Positions 13,568-25,882 of a stretch of DNA of 64,000 nucleotides are shown here, in pieces; positions within the stretch are counted from its first letter, which is position 1; the number at the start of each line of letters is the position of its first letter. Below the pieces are notes generated by a model that was not told the DNA's origin, did not search any database, and saw nothing but the letters and a program-made list of their open reading frames with translations. Location: positions 30,752,001 through 30,816,000 of the forward strand of contig NC_043014.1 of NCBI RefSeq assembly GCF_006345805.1, read 5' to 3'. The position numbers and the translations under genes were made by a program. The DNA comes from Octopus sinensis. Taxonomy: Eukaryota.

Positions 13568-14792
13568 CAACGGTCAACTTAAGAGTTCATAGGATGATCA
13601 AAATAGTCTCATGGAATGTGACAAAATGAGGTTTATTTTTCGACATAGTCCCCTTTGTGGTCCACACACCTCTTTGGTGTTGCAGTGCTTGGATCCCATT
13701 GGTCAAAAAACTTTATGTTGGTAGAAAAAGTTAATACCGGCAAATATGATGTCATCATCACTGCAATACTCGTTCCCAGTCAAATGGGGTTTTTTTATGT
13801 TGGGGAACAGATTTTAGTCAGATAGGATCAAATCAGGAGAATAAAGAGGGCGATCAACCAGTTCGAAGCAGCCATTGAAAGCAAGGGCTTGTGTCCAGAT
13901 GAAACAAGACCCGTTTTGTCAGTTTTCCTAGGCATTTGATCTTGATGGCCTTTTGTAACTGTCTCAGTAAGTTGACATAGTTCTCTCCATTGATGGTGTA
14001 GCCTTTTTTTGAAGATATTCAATAAACATGGTGTCTCTTGCACCCCAAAAAACAGAGGCCATCACCTTCCCTGCAGTTGAAACAACCTCAGTCATCTTTG
14101 GAGCAGATGAGGAGAGGTGTTTTCACTGCATGGATTGTCTCTTTGTCTCTGGCGCAAAGTGATGAAGCCAACACTCATCCTGGCTTAGGAAATGTTCTTG
14201 GAAACCAGCTAAATCTGCCTCAAACAATGTCAGATTTTCCCTTGATCAGGTGTAAGAAGAATATGATACCCAGAAACCTTTGTCATGCCAAGTTCATTGT
14301 GCAGAATATTCTCAACTCTCATGAGATATGCTAATAACATTACCTATTTGATTTATTGTCAATCACCTGTCATCCATTACCATGTGGTGAACATGATCAA
14401 TGTTTTCCTCAGTGGTGGCAGTTGCAGGTCATCCAGATATTGGATCATCTTGAAAATTCTATCTCCCCTCCTAAATTCAGCTGCTCACTTTTGCACTGTT
14501 GATAAAGCTGGAGCATCATCCTCTAATGTAGCAATGATGTCAGCATGAATGTCCTTGGAAGCTAAACCCTTTTTCTGGGATACTTGATAATGCTATGATG
14601 CCAAATTTTGTCCATTTTCAAGAGAATTTGCTACAAGTTAGTTTTGAAGTCTTCTTTGAACCAGTTGTCAGTTTACCTAGAAAGAAACAATGCAGTTATT
14701 AATAAGAAGAGTTGAAATTAAGGCATGCAAGATTTCATAGATCTAGCATCACTCCTTTGTAATTAGCCTATGAACTTTGCAGCCCACCCTCG
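13568..14792 (-). mobile_element. Near full-length decayed mariner transposon (about 1.2 kb)
   Basis: TA TSDs at 13566-13567 and 14793-14794. TIRs TACGAGGGTGGGCTGCAAAGTTCATAGGCT (minus strand) and TACAACGGTCAACTTAAGAGTTCATAGGAT. The interrupted minus-strand translation MDKIWHHSIIKY.QKKGLASKDIHADIIATLEDDAPALSTVQK*AAEFRRG...DDP.SG*PATATTEENIDHVHHMVMDDR*LTINQI...ILHNELGM is a mariner HTH region. Confidence 0.85.
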
Positions 14793-15171
14793 TACTTTAC
14801 ATGGTGTGTTGTGTATATGAATATCCTATGCACAAACTACACACAATATATATATGACGCAGTTGCTAGATGTCTCCCCATCCCTTAAAACTCTCACTTG
14901 TTACCAAGCAAAGTAATATTTTCCCATGACAAAACATGAATGACACCACTTGTATGACAATGAAACTTATTTACAAATACCATGCTTAGGTCCAGTCTAG
15001 TACACACACACACACACACACAAGACTGGCTTCTTTCAGTTTCTGTGTAATAAAACTATTCACAATAGCTTTGGTTGGCCTGGAGCTATAGTTGAAGACG
15101 TTTACCTAAAGTTCATTGCAATAGGCTTGAACCTCAAACTATGTGATTGGGAAATAGACTTTTTAACCATA

Positions 15172-15835
15172 TGGGTTCGTGGCTGTTTGCCAGCTCTGTC
15201 TGGCCCCCGTGCCGGTGATACGTAAAAGCACCATCCGTTCGTGGCCGTTTGCCAACCCTGTCTGGCCCCCGTGTCGGTGGCATGTAAAAGCACCATCCGT
15301 TTCGTGTCCGTTGCCAGCCTTGCCTAGCCCCCGCGCCGGTGACACGTAAAAGCACCATCCGTTTCGTGGCCATTTGCCAGCTCTGTCTGGCCCCCGTGTT
15401 GGTGGCACGTAAAAGCACCATCCGTTCGTGTCCGTTGCCAGCTCTGTCTGGCCCCTGTGCCGGTGACACGTAAAAGCACCATCCGTTTCGTGGCCGTTTG
15501 CCAGCTCTGTCTGGCCCCCGTGTTGGTGGCACGTAAAAGCACCATCCGTTGTGTCCGTTGCCAGCCTCGCCTGGCCCCCGTGCCGGTGACACGTAAAAGC
15601 ACCATCCGTTCGTGGCAGTTTGCCAGCTCTGTCTGCACCTGTGCGGGTGGCACGTAAAAAGCACCCACTACACTCACGGAGTGGTTGCCGTTAGGAAGGG
15701 CATCCAGCCGTAGAAACACTGCCAGATCTGACTGGGCCTGATGAAGCCTTCCAGCTTCACAGACCCCAGTTGAACCGTCCAACCCATGCTAGCATGGAGA
15801 ACGGACGCTAAATGATGATGATGATGATGATGATG
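15172..15835 (+). repeat. About 62-bp minisatellite (8 units) expanded inside an RTE-LINE 3' tail
   Basis: GTAAAAGCACC recurs at 15222, 15284, 15346, 15409, 15470, 15533, 15593 and 15654. The array runs directly into the RTE tail (GTTAGGAAGGGCATCCAGCCGTAGAAA...GGACGCTAAATGATGATG). Confidence 0.85.
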
Positions 15836-16199
15836 GGCCATAAATCAATAGAAATGGTTTATGAGGATAGGGACAAAATCAAAAGTCAAAGCATGCATTG
15901 AGGCCCTCTGGGTTAGAAGAACCCATGTTAAAAGTAATGCATTGCTCCTTGTATTTGTGGGTTTCATTAGAACCAGAATGTTGGAGAATACCATAGACTG
16001 AGAAGTAATCAAAAGAGTAGCTGGACAAGTTAAAGTTTGGGTTTGTGGATTTCCTGGGGATTGTTATGAACATCTAGGAAGTACCCACAATATCTATCTC
16101 CCAATTAGTAATCTGTTTCATCCATAGTAGTCAATCAGTTTCACACTAAATTTAGTATAGTTTTATAGAAGATATAGTGACAAGCAAAGTCATTAGGTC

Positions 16200-17300
16200 A
16201 GCAACACACAGAAGTGCCTAGTTGAGTGTGCCTAGAAAGTTGCATGGATTTTTATTCTTTTTAGTGGATGAGAGTGGAGGCTCAGGAAAGACAAGCTGTT
16301 GCTGGGTCAGATGTCATGAAAGAGAGGTGAAACTGAAAGCAGAAGTTGTGAACAAGAATGTGCCAAAGCAGTCATGGAATAAAGATGATGATGAGAGGGA
16401 AGGCATTCTTGACTGTATGAGTGAGGGTGATGAATTTAGCTCAGTGGAGAGTAGTATCAAATGTATTTGGGAAAACCACATGAGACACAAAAATTAAGTA
16501 TTTACTTCAATTTTACAACAAAATCAGAATCTTTGCTGCATAGGTTGTGGCAAAGTAAAGTGGAGGTTGGGGGTGAGAATCCCAAAGTTAATAGTAGACC
16601 AATGTAGAAAGGTGGAGGTTGTCAGCAGAGGCAGAGATGTTTAGGAAGTTAATGAGAATATTAGAGATGAATTCCATTGCTGGGTAGAAATTGTTAAGGG
16701 ATTATATAAAGTATGAATTTCTTTCTAGTGATTGAGATGGCATCAATGCATTCATCTTTGTAATAGCCATATAATTCAAGAATTAGTCCTGTAAATTGGA
16801 TAAAAATTTGGGCTGTGATGTGGTCAACAATTAAGTTGGCATAATTAAGACTTGTTGGTTGAAATCATCAGAGAAGGAGATGTAATATAGAGCCTGAATT
16901 CAGCAAAGTGAAAGAGTGTTGAAATGCTTGGGTTCAAGTGGGATGTGATGGACAAAAAAATATTCTGAAAGCTGAATAATGACATACAAAGTGAAAAGAG
17001 CTTAGATGATCTAGAAGGGTAGAAAAAGATTTGGAGAGGTGAAGGACATAGTTGATGTCCTTGATCTAAGATAGAAGAGAAGCAATGAAGGGGAACATAA
17101 GTTGTTTAAGATTGCCAGAGATTAGTTTGGTAGTGGAGATACAAGTGGAATTGCTAAGAATATTGTTGTGGAGGAAGTAGATGGTGAAAATGTGAAATCT
17201 TCTGAGGGTGAAGTCGATGGTAGGAGAAGATGAGCTGATGTATGAGAGTAGAGACTAGCTTTTTGTTTATACCATCGCTAGAATATTTTGGGTAGAACCA
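16200..17300 (-). mobile_element. Decayed Penelope-like element RT region
   Basis: Minus-strand NYANLIVDHITAQIFIQFTGLILELYGYYKDECIDAIS resembles recalled Penelope-like RT PSYANLFVGYVEHQFF.QY.G..PELY.RYIDDCIGATS. Heavily frameshifted. Confidence 0.55.
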
Positions 17301-17389
17301 GTAGTTGCTAAGTTGATTCAGGGTTCCTTAGATCAGTGTGCCAAAGCACTGCCTTTTGTCACTATACTTCACATATCTGTGCTGATGCA

Positions 17390-19140
17390 GTCTTTGTTCT
17401 TGCTCACTACATCTGATTCCTCTCATACCTAGTCTACCTATTAGCTCATTTATGCTCTATCGTTCATGCATACTAACATTACACAGCCAGCAGAACATGC
17501 TTACTTCATTTCTTTCCAACATGCACATATTGTCTGTGTTTTAATGCCCACATCTCACTCCATCTAGCATCATATTTTGTCCACAAACTACATACAAGCT
17601 ACACTTCAATACTCGAAGAGAGAGAATCCTCTTGTTGCCAACAGAATAGCTTTTTGAACTCTTTCCACCTTATCCTTACTCTGGCTGCTAGGCTTTCAGT
17701 GCACCCTCCTCCACCACTCATTAAGTTGTTCAAAAGCTTTTAACTGCTTCTAATAGAGCCTTCCAAAGCATTAGCCAAAAAAAATCTTCCAAGGAATCTA
17801 GTTCACTATTGCATAGGCTAGTAACTATTCATGCAATGTCTTTATTCACCATTGATCTACTCATGATCCCAGTACTACTCCTCTTGTGAACTCATAGTAC
17901 ACATTGTATACACTATACTGAGTTTCTGTCAGCTCCTTTTCTGCACATTATCACCCCTTCCCCACTTACGGCAATAAGAGTCTTGTCTTCTGCTGACTAA
18001 ATCTTTCGTCTTCACCAAGTTTACTCTAAGGTTTTGCTTCTGTGTCTGGAATTTCTTGTCTAAGTCATTCACAGACTCTACTTTAAGGACTTGGTTATCA
18101 GCTTTTAGGAATTCACCAACCTATAACAGAGGAGCTTAAGACTAACTATTTAAGACAGTGCCAAGAACTTAAATAGTTTGGTGGTCAGCTAACTGCATGC
18201 TAAATTCCTCACTGTCGATTTTGACTTTGCTGATTGCATTCCTGTACATGTTTTGTACTGCTTTCACAAGCATTTAGTTTTCTTAAAGATAACAGATTGT
18301 GATATCATGCTAAAAACTTTCTCCAAATCAGCAAATGCTTAGTTCAGATGGTTATTCTTAGCTAAAAAGTTTTCTCTTGCTATTGTCTTACTGTGAAAAG
18401 AGCATTACAGTTTCACACAAATCCAAACTGTATCTTAAGTTGATTCTCTTCCTAATTAATTGTGTTAATATTCTTTCCATTACTTCCATAACCTGGTTCA
18501 TCAGTTTGATGCCTCTCCTTTGCCCTTTCAGCAGTTGACAATTATACTGTTATGCCAGTCAGTCATTGGGTATGGTTGATTATATGAGTGACTAGCTGGA
18601 GCCCTTCTTTGCCGGATATGTCAGTATTTCAGCAACATTACCTGATGAATCTCCCGATTTTTCCATCTTCATATTTTGAATGACCATTTTGACCATATAA
18701 CTGGTCATTTCAATAGCTGGTTGCCTTGATGTAGTTCTCTCTTTGCATACATTTTCCACATTCAGCAACCTCTCATAATAATATTTTCAAGCCGCTTCCT
18801 CCACATCATTAGTGAGGATAAGTATGCCACTGTCATTTTCACTGTACTTTTCACCTACTATGTCTTTATTCACACCAATATACTTTGCTTCCCTTTGAGC
18901 TATGTACATTTATTGCCTGGCTTCTCAGTTACCTCGTGATATAATTCTTTGCTGCCCCTTTCTCTTCTCTTTCTGTTCCTGTCTATTAGCTTTTATTGCT
19001 CTGTCAACAGTGCTATTCAAGTACTATGTTACCTTATAATTGGTTACTATCTTGCTTCACAACAAAACTGGTCTGTAGATTTTTGCAGGTTGCATCTTAG
19101 AACCTCCCACTTGTCCTCTATGACATAGGTTTATTTCTCC
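17390..19140 (-). mobile_element. Decayed RTE-clade LINE
   Basis: Minus-strand remnants such as GGGCTESLAARVRIRWKEFK, homologous to the better-preserved copy at 30960-32390. Confidence 0.7.
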
Positions 19141-20775
19141 ACCAAATTTTCATTATAAATGATGCTTAAAAAAACCCACTTAACATGTATTTAACAGAAA
19201 GATGTTTCAGTTTCCACACCTTCTTTCTTCAGAATGTCTTTTGTCTCTCAGTGTGACTCGCATTTATTTTGAAGTTACTCATCAGTAACCTATTGTTTGA
19301 TGGTACATTCTTCACTGGAGATGAACTCTATAACCATCTGCTTATCTAGCTTGTATGTTCATCTGATTGGAAGGCAATCGAGTAGCTTGTTGGTTTCTTG
19401 AAATTTATGTTGCACATAATTCATTTGCGTCAGTGAACTCCAGAAGCTTTGATCTCTCTGCACTTTAGCACTGTAACCCTAACCACCATATACATTATAA
19501 TTTTACTCAATATATGCCCATTGAAAGGCAGTGAGCTGGCAGAAACATTAGCACGCCGGGTGAAATGCTTAGCAGTATTTCATCTGTCTTTACGTTCTGA
19601 GTTCAAATTCCGTCGAGGTCAGCTTTGCCTTTCATCCTTTTGGGATCAATAAATTAAGTACCAGTTGCATACTGGGGTTGATCTAATCAACTTGCCCCCT
19701 CCTGCCAAAATTTTGGGCCTTGTGACTACAGTAGAAAAGAATATATGTCCCTTGAAGTCACTAGCCAAGAAAATAATGTTGCTTTATTATTGAGGTTGTT
19801 TGAAACATTGTCTCATAAAAACAGTCTTTTTCTTTATCAGACCAGTTCCAATTGTGGTGCATGAGCTACAAGTTGTCTAAGCTCAATTATTCTGATGCAT
19901 ATTTTCAATACTTCAATAATGTTATCTGTTCATTTCTCTGCCAACAGTAAGTGTACACCACTTAACCAAAATTATTATCCAGCTGGAAGAATTTGGACTA
20001 GTGTTCTTTGTTTGTGAAGAATCTGGCTGAAGTTTCTTTTGATTTCACTTCTTGAGTGCTACACACACCTATTCTCAACAGATCTACCTTTTAATATGCT
20101 TTTCATTGAGTTTCTCGTGTTGGATGGGTTTGTCATTAAGGTCTATTTTCCACACCTTAAAGGAAGTGTGCAATCAATTAATGATGTTGAGGCACTGTCA
20201 GACATGGTAAATGTTTACACTTAGCCATCTCACTACTATGCACAGCACCAGCATGGTACATGCTTGTCTTGTGTACTGAGATACATGAGAGTAATAACAA
20301 ATGGAACCTTAAGTACTTAATTTGGTCAAGTGAAATTGATATTGCCAACTGCCAACAGTTTCCTTGTGTGAATGGAATGACTTGCATTTCTTCAGAGAGC
20401 TATGTTGAAATATGGCAGTCTGAAGAATTGCAAGTCTTCCACATGTTGATTTTAGCTGACTAAATTCAACATATTTCTGGTCTAATTAACCATGCAACTT
20501 TTGTTATGCAACATCAACTTAGTTATCTTGTGTCCCCTTGCATCTATAATCATTCTACATTAAAGAGTCAGACATGTATTTTTTTTCTTTTTGTGGCTGA
20601 TACCCTAATAAAAAAGGTTTATTTTGTCATTTCAATCTTGTAACCAATTGCTGAAGCTGATATTGTTGATTGCCAATTTAAATTATTTTTGAGATATTTA
20701 ACAGAATCTTATGATATTGAAATCTGTTTCTTCTTGTGTATTTACAAAACCTTGTTGTTGTTTTTCTTTATACAG

Positions 20776-20878
20776 ATTGTGAAAGCTAATTGGATGCAGG
20801 GTAGAGATCGTCAAGGCCTGTGTGTAATCGCTCCCACGTACCTCACTGATGCCATATCTCCAGCTTTTATCATAGATG
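20776..20878 (+). CDS. NCSTN: Nicastrin internal coding exon
   Basis: Acceptor tttttctttatacAG; donor GTAATA at 20879. Length 103 nt (phase 0 to 1). Peptide IVKANWMQGRDRQGLCVIAPTYLTDAISPAFIID corresponds to human YSWVQG...[20 protein letters not shown]. Confidence 0.93.
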
Positions 20879-23399
20879 GTAATATCTCTTTCATAAATCA
20901 TTGATCTCTCTATGTATAGGGTTAATTGTTATCATGTTACTGTTGCTGTCTTGCTCTATTTTTCATTCTCTAACTGTCAATATTTATCTCTCTTATGCAT
21001 TCACTCAGTCACATACACATTCGTCACCCACATATTCTTGCTCTTCTTTCCTCTTTGTTTCTCTTGCTTCATCCTTTTCTTTCTCTTCTGTATCTCTCTT
21101 TTTCTTTCTTCAATTCTCTTCTGTCTTTGTGACCATTGGTTAGAATGCTTATGGTATTTTTCAGGTTTCTTTGCTCTGGGTTCAACTTACACAGTTCCTT
21201 CTGGGTTGATAAAAAAGCATCACTTCAAAATAGCTAATTGGCAAAAATGTTAAACTTTTGGATAAGATGCCTTGCTTTAGCTGTTCTGGCTGTTTGCATT
21301 TCTGAGTTCAAATTCCACCTCCTATCACCAGTCCCCTTGTAGCAAGAAACAGGTCATCAAAACCTGGGTAATTGTGATAGGACTCCAATGTGGTTAAAAC
21401 AACAGCTCAGTTGCATTGATATGAAAACAAGTATACCCTTAAGTTGAACAGGAAAAAAAATTGTACAGGATTTGTGATGATGGCAGCAGTGACAGTAGTG
21501 CAGTTGCTACTGTTTCTGATTTTGGCACTAGACCAGCTATTTTGATGGGAGGAGGGATAGTTAATATTCTTGTTTCCAGTACATGACTGGTTTATTTTAT
21601 TGACTCCAGTAGGATGAAAAGCAAAATTGTTTGTAGCAGAATTAGCACTCGAAATATAAAGAACCTGAAAAAATATTTCTTATACCATAAGACCAATAAT
21701 TTTGAGGGGAGGGAATTACTTGGTATCATTGACCCCAGTACTTATTGGCACATTATTTTATCAACTTCAAAAGATAGAAGGCAAAATCGACTTCTTTGAA
21801 ATTTGAACTAAGAATGTAAAGAATTGGAACAAACACCAGAAAACATTTTTTTGCAACACTAACAGTTCTGCCAGTCCACCTACTTGTAATCATCATCATC
21901 ATCATCATTTATTTTGTATGCTGGCATGAGTTGGATGGTTTGACAGGGCTGGGAAGCTAGAGGGATGCACCAGGCCCCAGTTGTCTGTTTTGGTATGGTA
22001 TCTACAGCTGGATGCCCTTCCTAACACTAACCACTTTACAGTGTATTGGATGCCTTTTACATGGCACTGGCATGATAGTTTCTTTTACGTGGTGCCAGCA
22101 TGGGTGCTTTCTATGTCTCTGGTATGGATATTTTATTATATGCCACTGGCATCGGTGCTCTTTTATGTGGTGCTGGCACAGGTGCTCTGCACTTGGTGTC
22201 AGCACAAGTGCTTGATTTGACTTACTTTGACATGTCTTCTCAAGCACAGCAAACTGCCAGGAGTTTCAGTCCCTTGTCATCTCCAAATGTTTTTAAAGTA
22301 GGTACAAGGCCATAAAAAGGCAAAGATGACCTCTGCAGGATTTGAACTCAGAACAAAAAGAGCAGGAACAAATACACAAAGGCATTTTGTCTGATAGTCT
22401 AGTGATGCTGCTAATCCACTGTCCTTTTTTAATTTCTAAGTTAGGCAAGGAAAGTAGAGGAGCTAGTTAATTCCATCAGCCCCTAGTACATGATGGGTAA
22501 TATATTTTATTGATTCTGAAAAGATGAATGACATTGTTAACCTTGGTGGAATTTGAACTCAAAATGTAAGGGCTGGAAAAAATACCTCATGACTATTTTG
22601 TCTGATACTCTGTCAATATTGCTAATCCACCATCATCCTCACTTGAAAATTTAAGTACTGGGGTTGATTTGTTTGATTAAAGTTCTTCCACCAACATGGC
22701 TGCAGTAAAAGATTGAATTAAAAGAAGACAATCACACACACACAAAATGGACTTCTTTTAGTTTCCATCTACCAAATCCATCCACGCGGCCTTAGTCAGT
22801 TGGGGTACTTGCTCAAGGTGCCACATGGTTGGGAAACATGCTCCTTAACCATACAGCCACATCTGTTTGATGATGATCGTGGTTTCAGATTTTGGCATAA
22901 GGCCAGCAGTTTTGTGGTAGAGGCCAAGTCAGTTAAATTGACCCCAGTGTTCAACTGGTACTTATTTTATTCCCCCCCTCCCCCATCCCATCCCAAAAGG
23001 GATGAAAGGCAAAGCCAACCTCAGCAGAATTTGGACTCAGAACGTAACGTCAGATGAAATGCCACTAAGTATTTTGCCTGATGTGCGATTCTTCCAGCTC
23101 ACCTTTCTGCCAGTAATGTTGGTGATGATAACAGTCATTTTTTGGTACAAGATCATAAATGTGTTAGCATTGACCTGGGATCTAACTAAATACTGACTCT
23201 GCCATTCACAACCCACTTTTCTAAATATTTCTTCTAATACTAATAATGATAAATCCTCCTTCTAATATGACTGCTACTACTACTACTAATGATAATCATT
23301 TCCACTACAGGCACAAGGCTTGAAATTTTTGAGGGAGGGGCTTAGTCAATTAATCACCTCCAGTGTACAGCTGGTATTTATTTTATCATCCCTGAAAAA

Positions 23400-24090
23400 A
23401 TCCTGGTGAAGAGCTTGCCTGGGATGGGAGAGGAGGGTGATGCCCCTGCGGTTGCTGCAGATGAGTTTGTCAGCTCCTTCATCTACCTGGGCTCCACAGT
23501 CACCAATAATGGAGACCTGCCCCTGGAGATCACCTGCAGATGTGGTCTGGCCACTGGGGCTATCTACTCTTATGGAAGCCCCTCTGGCACCACTGCTCTG
23601 TCTTCCTGAAGACAGAGCTCTGCATCTATGATGCATTGATCCTCTCCATTCTCCTCTATGGAGCAGAAACATGGCTTCTCTTGAAGACCCTGGCAAAGAG
23701 GATTGATGGCTTTGATAGAGCCTTGAGAACCATTGAGAACTGCAGATGGTGCCATCACATTTCCAACAAAGAACACATCAGCTAACAGCCTCCCATCTCA
23801 TAGCTATCTGTTGGAAGCATTAGTATGGACATGACCTCTGTCTCCTGCTAGTCATCCTACCAGAGCTTTTCTCTCATTTGATGCAGTTGTTGTGTGCTGG
23901 AAAAGGCCACATAGAAGGCCCTGCACCAGATGGCTGGACATAATTGGGGAAGACGTAGAGAGATTGGCATGGGGCCACCAGCAGTGGAGAGCACTGGTAG
24001 ACCTGGTTGGCTCTATGCATGATGATGCCTCTGGGACTGACCCTAGAATGACCCTTGGAATGACCCTAGCCCCATCAAGCAAGAGCACAA
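23400..24090 (+). mobile_element. Decayed RTE-clade LINE, RT C-terminal fragment
   Basis: DEFVSSFIYLGSTVTNNGDL and LWKPLWHH...CIYDALILSILLYGAETW...RIDGFD, split across ORFs 23437-23631 and 23540-23785. Confidence 0.75.
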
Positions 24091-24276
24091 CCTACCTGAA
24101 AAGATGAATGGCAAAGTTAACCTTGGTGGAAGAAAAACTGGAAGAAATGTGACTAAGTATTTTGTCGGGCATGCTAACAACACTGCTTTACTACTAATAA
24201 TAATAATGCCTTAATGATTGTTTGTATGTCATTCTCTCTCACATCTTCCTTTTCTCTGTCTTTCTTTTCTCCAAAG

Positions 24277-24380
24277 ATTACGATTGGTTGTCCGGTAAAT
24301 ATTCTACTTGGACTGAGAGTATTTGGGACAATGATGCAATGTCTGTACGTGTTTTTCTGGTTCCCAGTAATAAACTACAG
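24277..24380 (+). CDS. NCSTN: Nicastrin penultimate coding exon (juxtamembrane ectodomain)
   Basis: Acceptor ctttcttttctccaaAG; donor CAG|GTATGG at 24381. Length 104 nt (phase 1 to 0). Peptide (D)YDWLSGKYSTWTESIWDNDAMSVRVFLVPSNKLQ contains the nicastrin hallmark YSTWTES.W (human [26 protein letters not shown]). Confidence 0.96.
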
Positions 24381-24560
24381 GTATGGTTTCACCAGTCTTT
24401 GATTTCTTCAAAAATGTCTTCACATGATTTGATTTTTTTTCACTGTTCTCTTCTTCTTTGTTTAAATTTACAATATTAGTTTATTATTGCTGTTTTAATT
24501 TTACAGGAGTGCTGAATATGTTGTGGATAGAGAAATCATTGTGCTGACTCACACACTGTT

Positions 24561-24599
<39 letters not shown>

Positions 24600-25837
24600 C
24601 ATTTTATATTTATGTCTTTGTTTTTCAAGATTCCTGGTGTGAAATTGTGTGTTGAAACAGATATTATTATATTTCGGGGTGATGGTCATTTTTTTTTTTT
24701 GCCAAATTAACACACGCACTATATATTAGTTCTTCACTTCAGATTTATTTTTTTATTGTTCTTGTTTTATATCCTTTGAGAACAAGAGGTGACCCATGAG
24801 ATGGAGAGAGTTGCTGAAGAGGTTACAGGATGTGTGACAAAAGATTTCCAGAGAAAGGACATAAAATAAGAACAATAATAAAATAAATCTGAAGTGAAGA
24901 GGAATATATAGTATGTATTTATTTGGCAAAAGAAGAGAAAAAAATTACCATCCCAAATATAACAATAATATTAGTATTAACAATTTTATATAAGCATGCT
25001 TGGTCTAGTGGTTTGGGTGTTGCACTCACAATTGCTAAATTGTGGGTTTGATTCCTGGACTGACTGAGTGGTGCATTGTTCTTGAGCAAAACACTTCATT
25101 TCATGTTGCTCTGTGATCATTTCAACATCTGACTTGTGGCACTTGTGCAGCTGTACTTGCAATGTCGATTTGATGGAGAGAGTGAGCTTATGTACTGCAC
25201 ATTCATTTGATCACTATAAACAAATCATTTGTGCAGGTCGTTCAGTCAAGCTAAACCCTCATACATCATCTTTGATGGGAGAGTTCGTCATATAGGCAGA
25301 GATACATTTTGAGTGAGGTATTATCAATAGAATGTGTTTAGTCTTCTACTCTACTTTTGGAATTACCTAAACTTTTTACAATGAAGATGATAGCCATTCT
25401 TAATGAGCTACAGGTCTAAATTTTCCAAGAACAGAACATAACTGATTGAAATGGCTTTATTAACTACAAATTTTTACTCTAAAAATTAACTCTAGCAGGA
25501 TTTGAACTCCAAGTATGAAAGATCATAACTAAATATTGCAAGGCATTTTGTCTGGTACTTTTGTACTGATTCTGGTGTCCGTCATCCTTATTAATAATGT
25601 AAAATAACATTGTTATTTGCATGTATAATATATGCGTGTATGTACTTGCATATATATGTGTTGTGGTTGTTTTTAGTCCCGTATCGTGAAGTGGAGTGGG
25701 TTTAGTTAATATAGTAACAACTAACTTGATTGTTGGTTTCAAACCTGCACTGTAATATCTAGAGAGGCCATGTCTAGTGATGCACAACTAATGTCCCCCT
25801 CCTCTCGGTAAAAAAAAAACCCAATTAAGTACATTGT

Positions 25838-25882
<45 letters not shown>

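Noticed and set aside
15163-15782. Regular repeat array with long overlapping ORFs, superficially CRISPR-like or a repeat protein
   Set aside because: Units are contiguous with no unique spacers and there are no cas genes. The monomer derives from an RTE 3' UTR, and ORFs open in several frames on both strands reflect stop-poor GC-rich repeats.
20901-21253. Hydrophobic ORFs just after a nicastrin exon, considered as a third TM exon
   Set aside because: They come from T/C-rich low-complexity intron, lack the G...S....Y.....A...F pattern of the real TM exons, and lie upstream of the YSTWTES exon.
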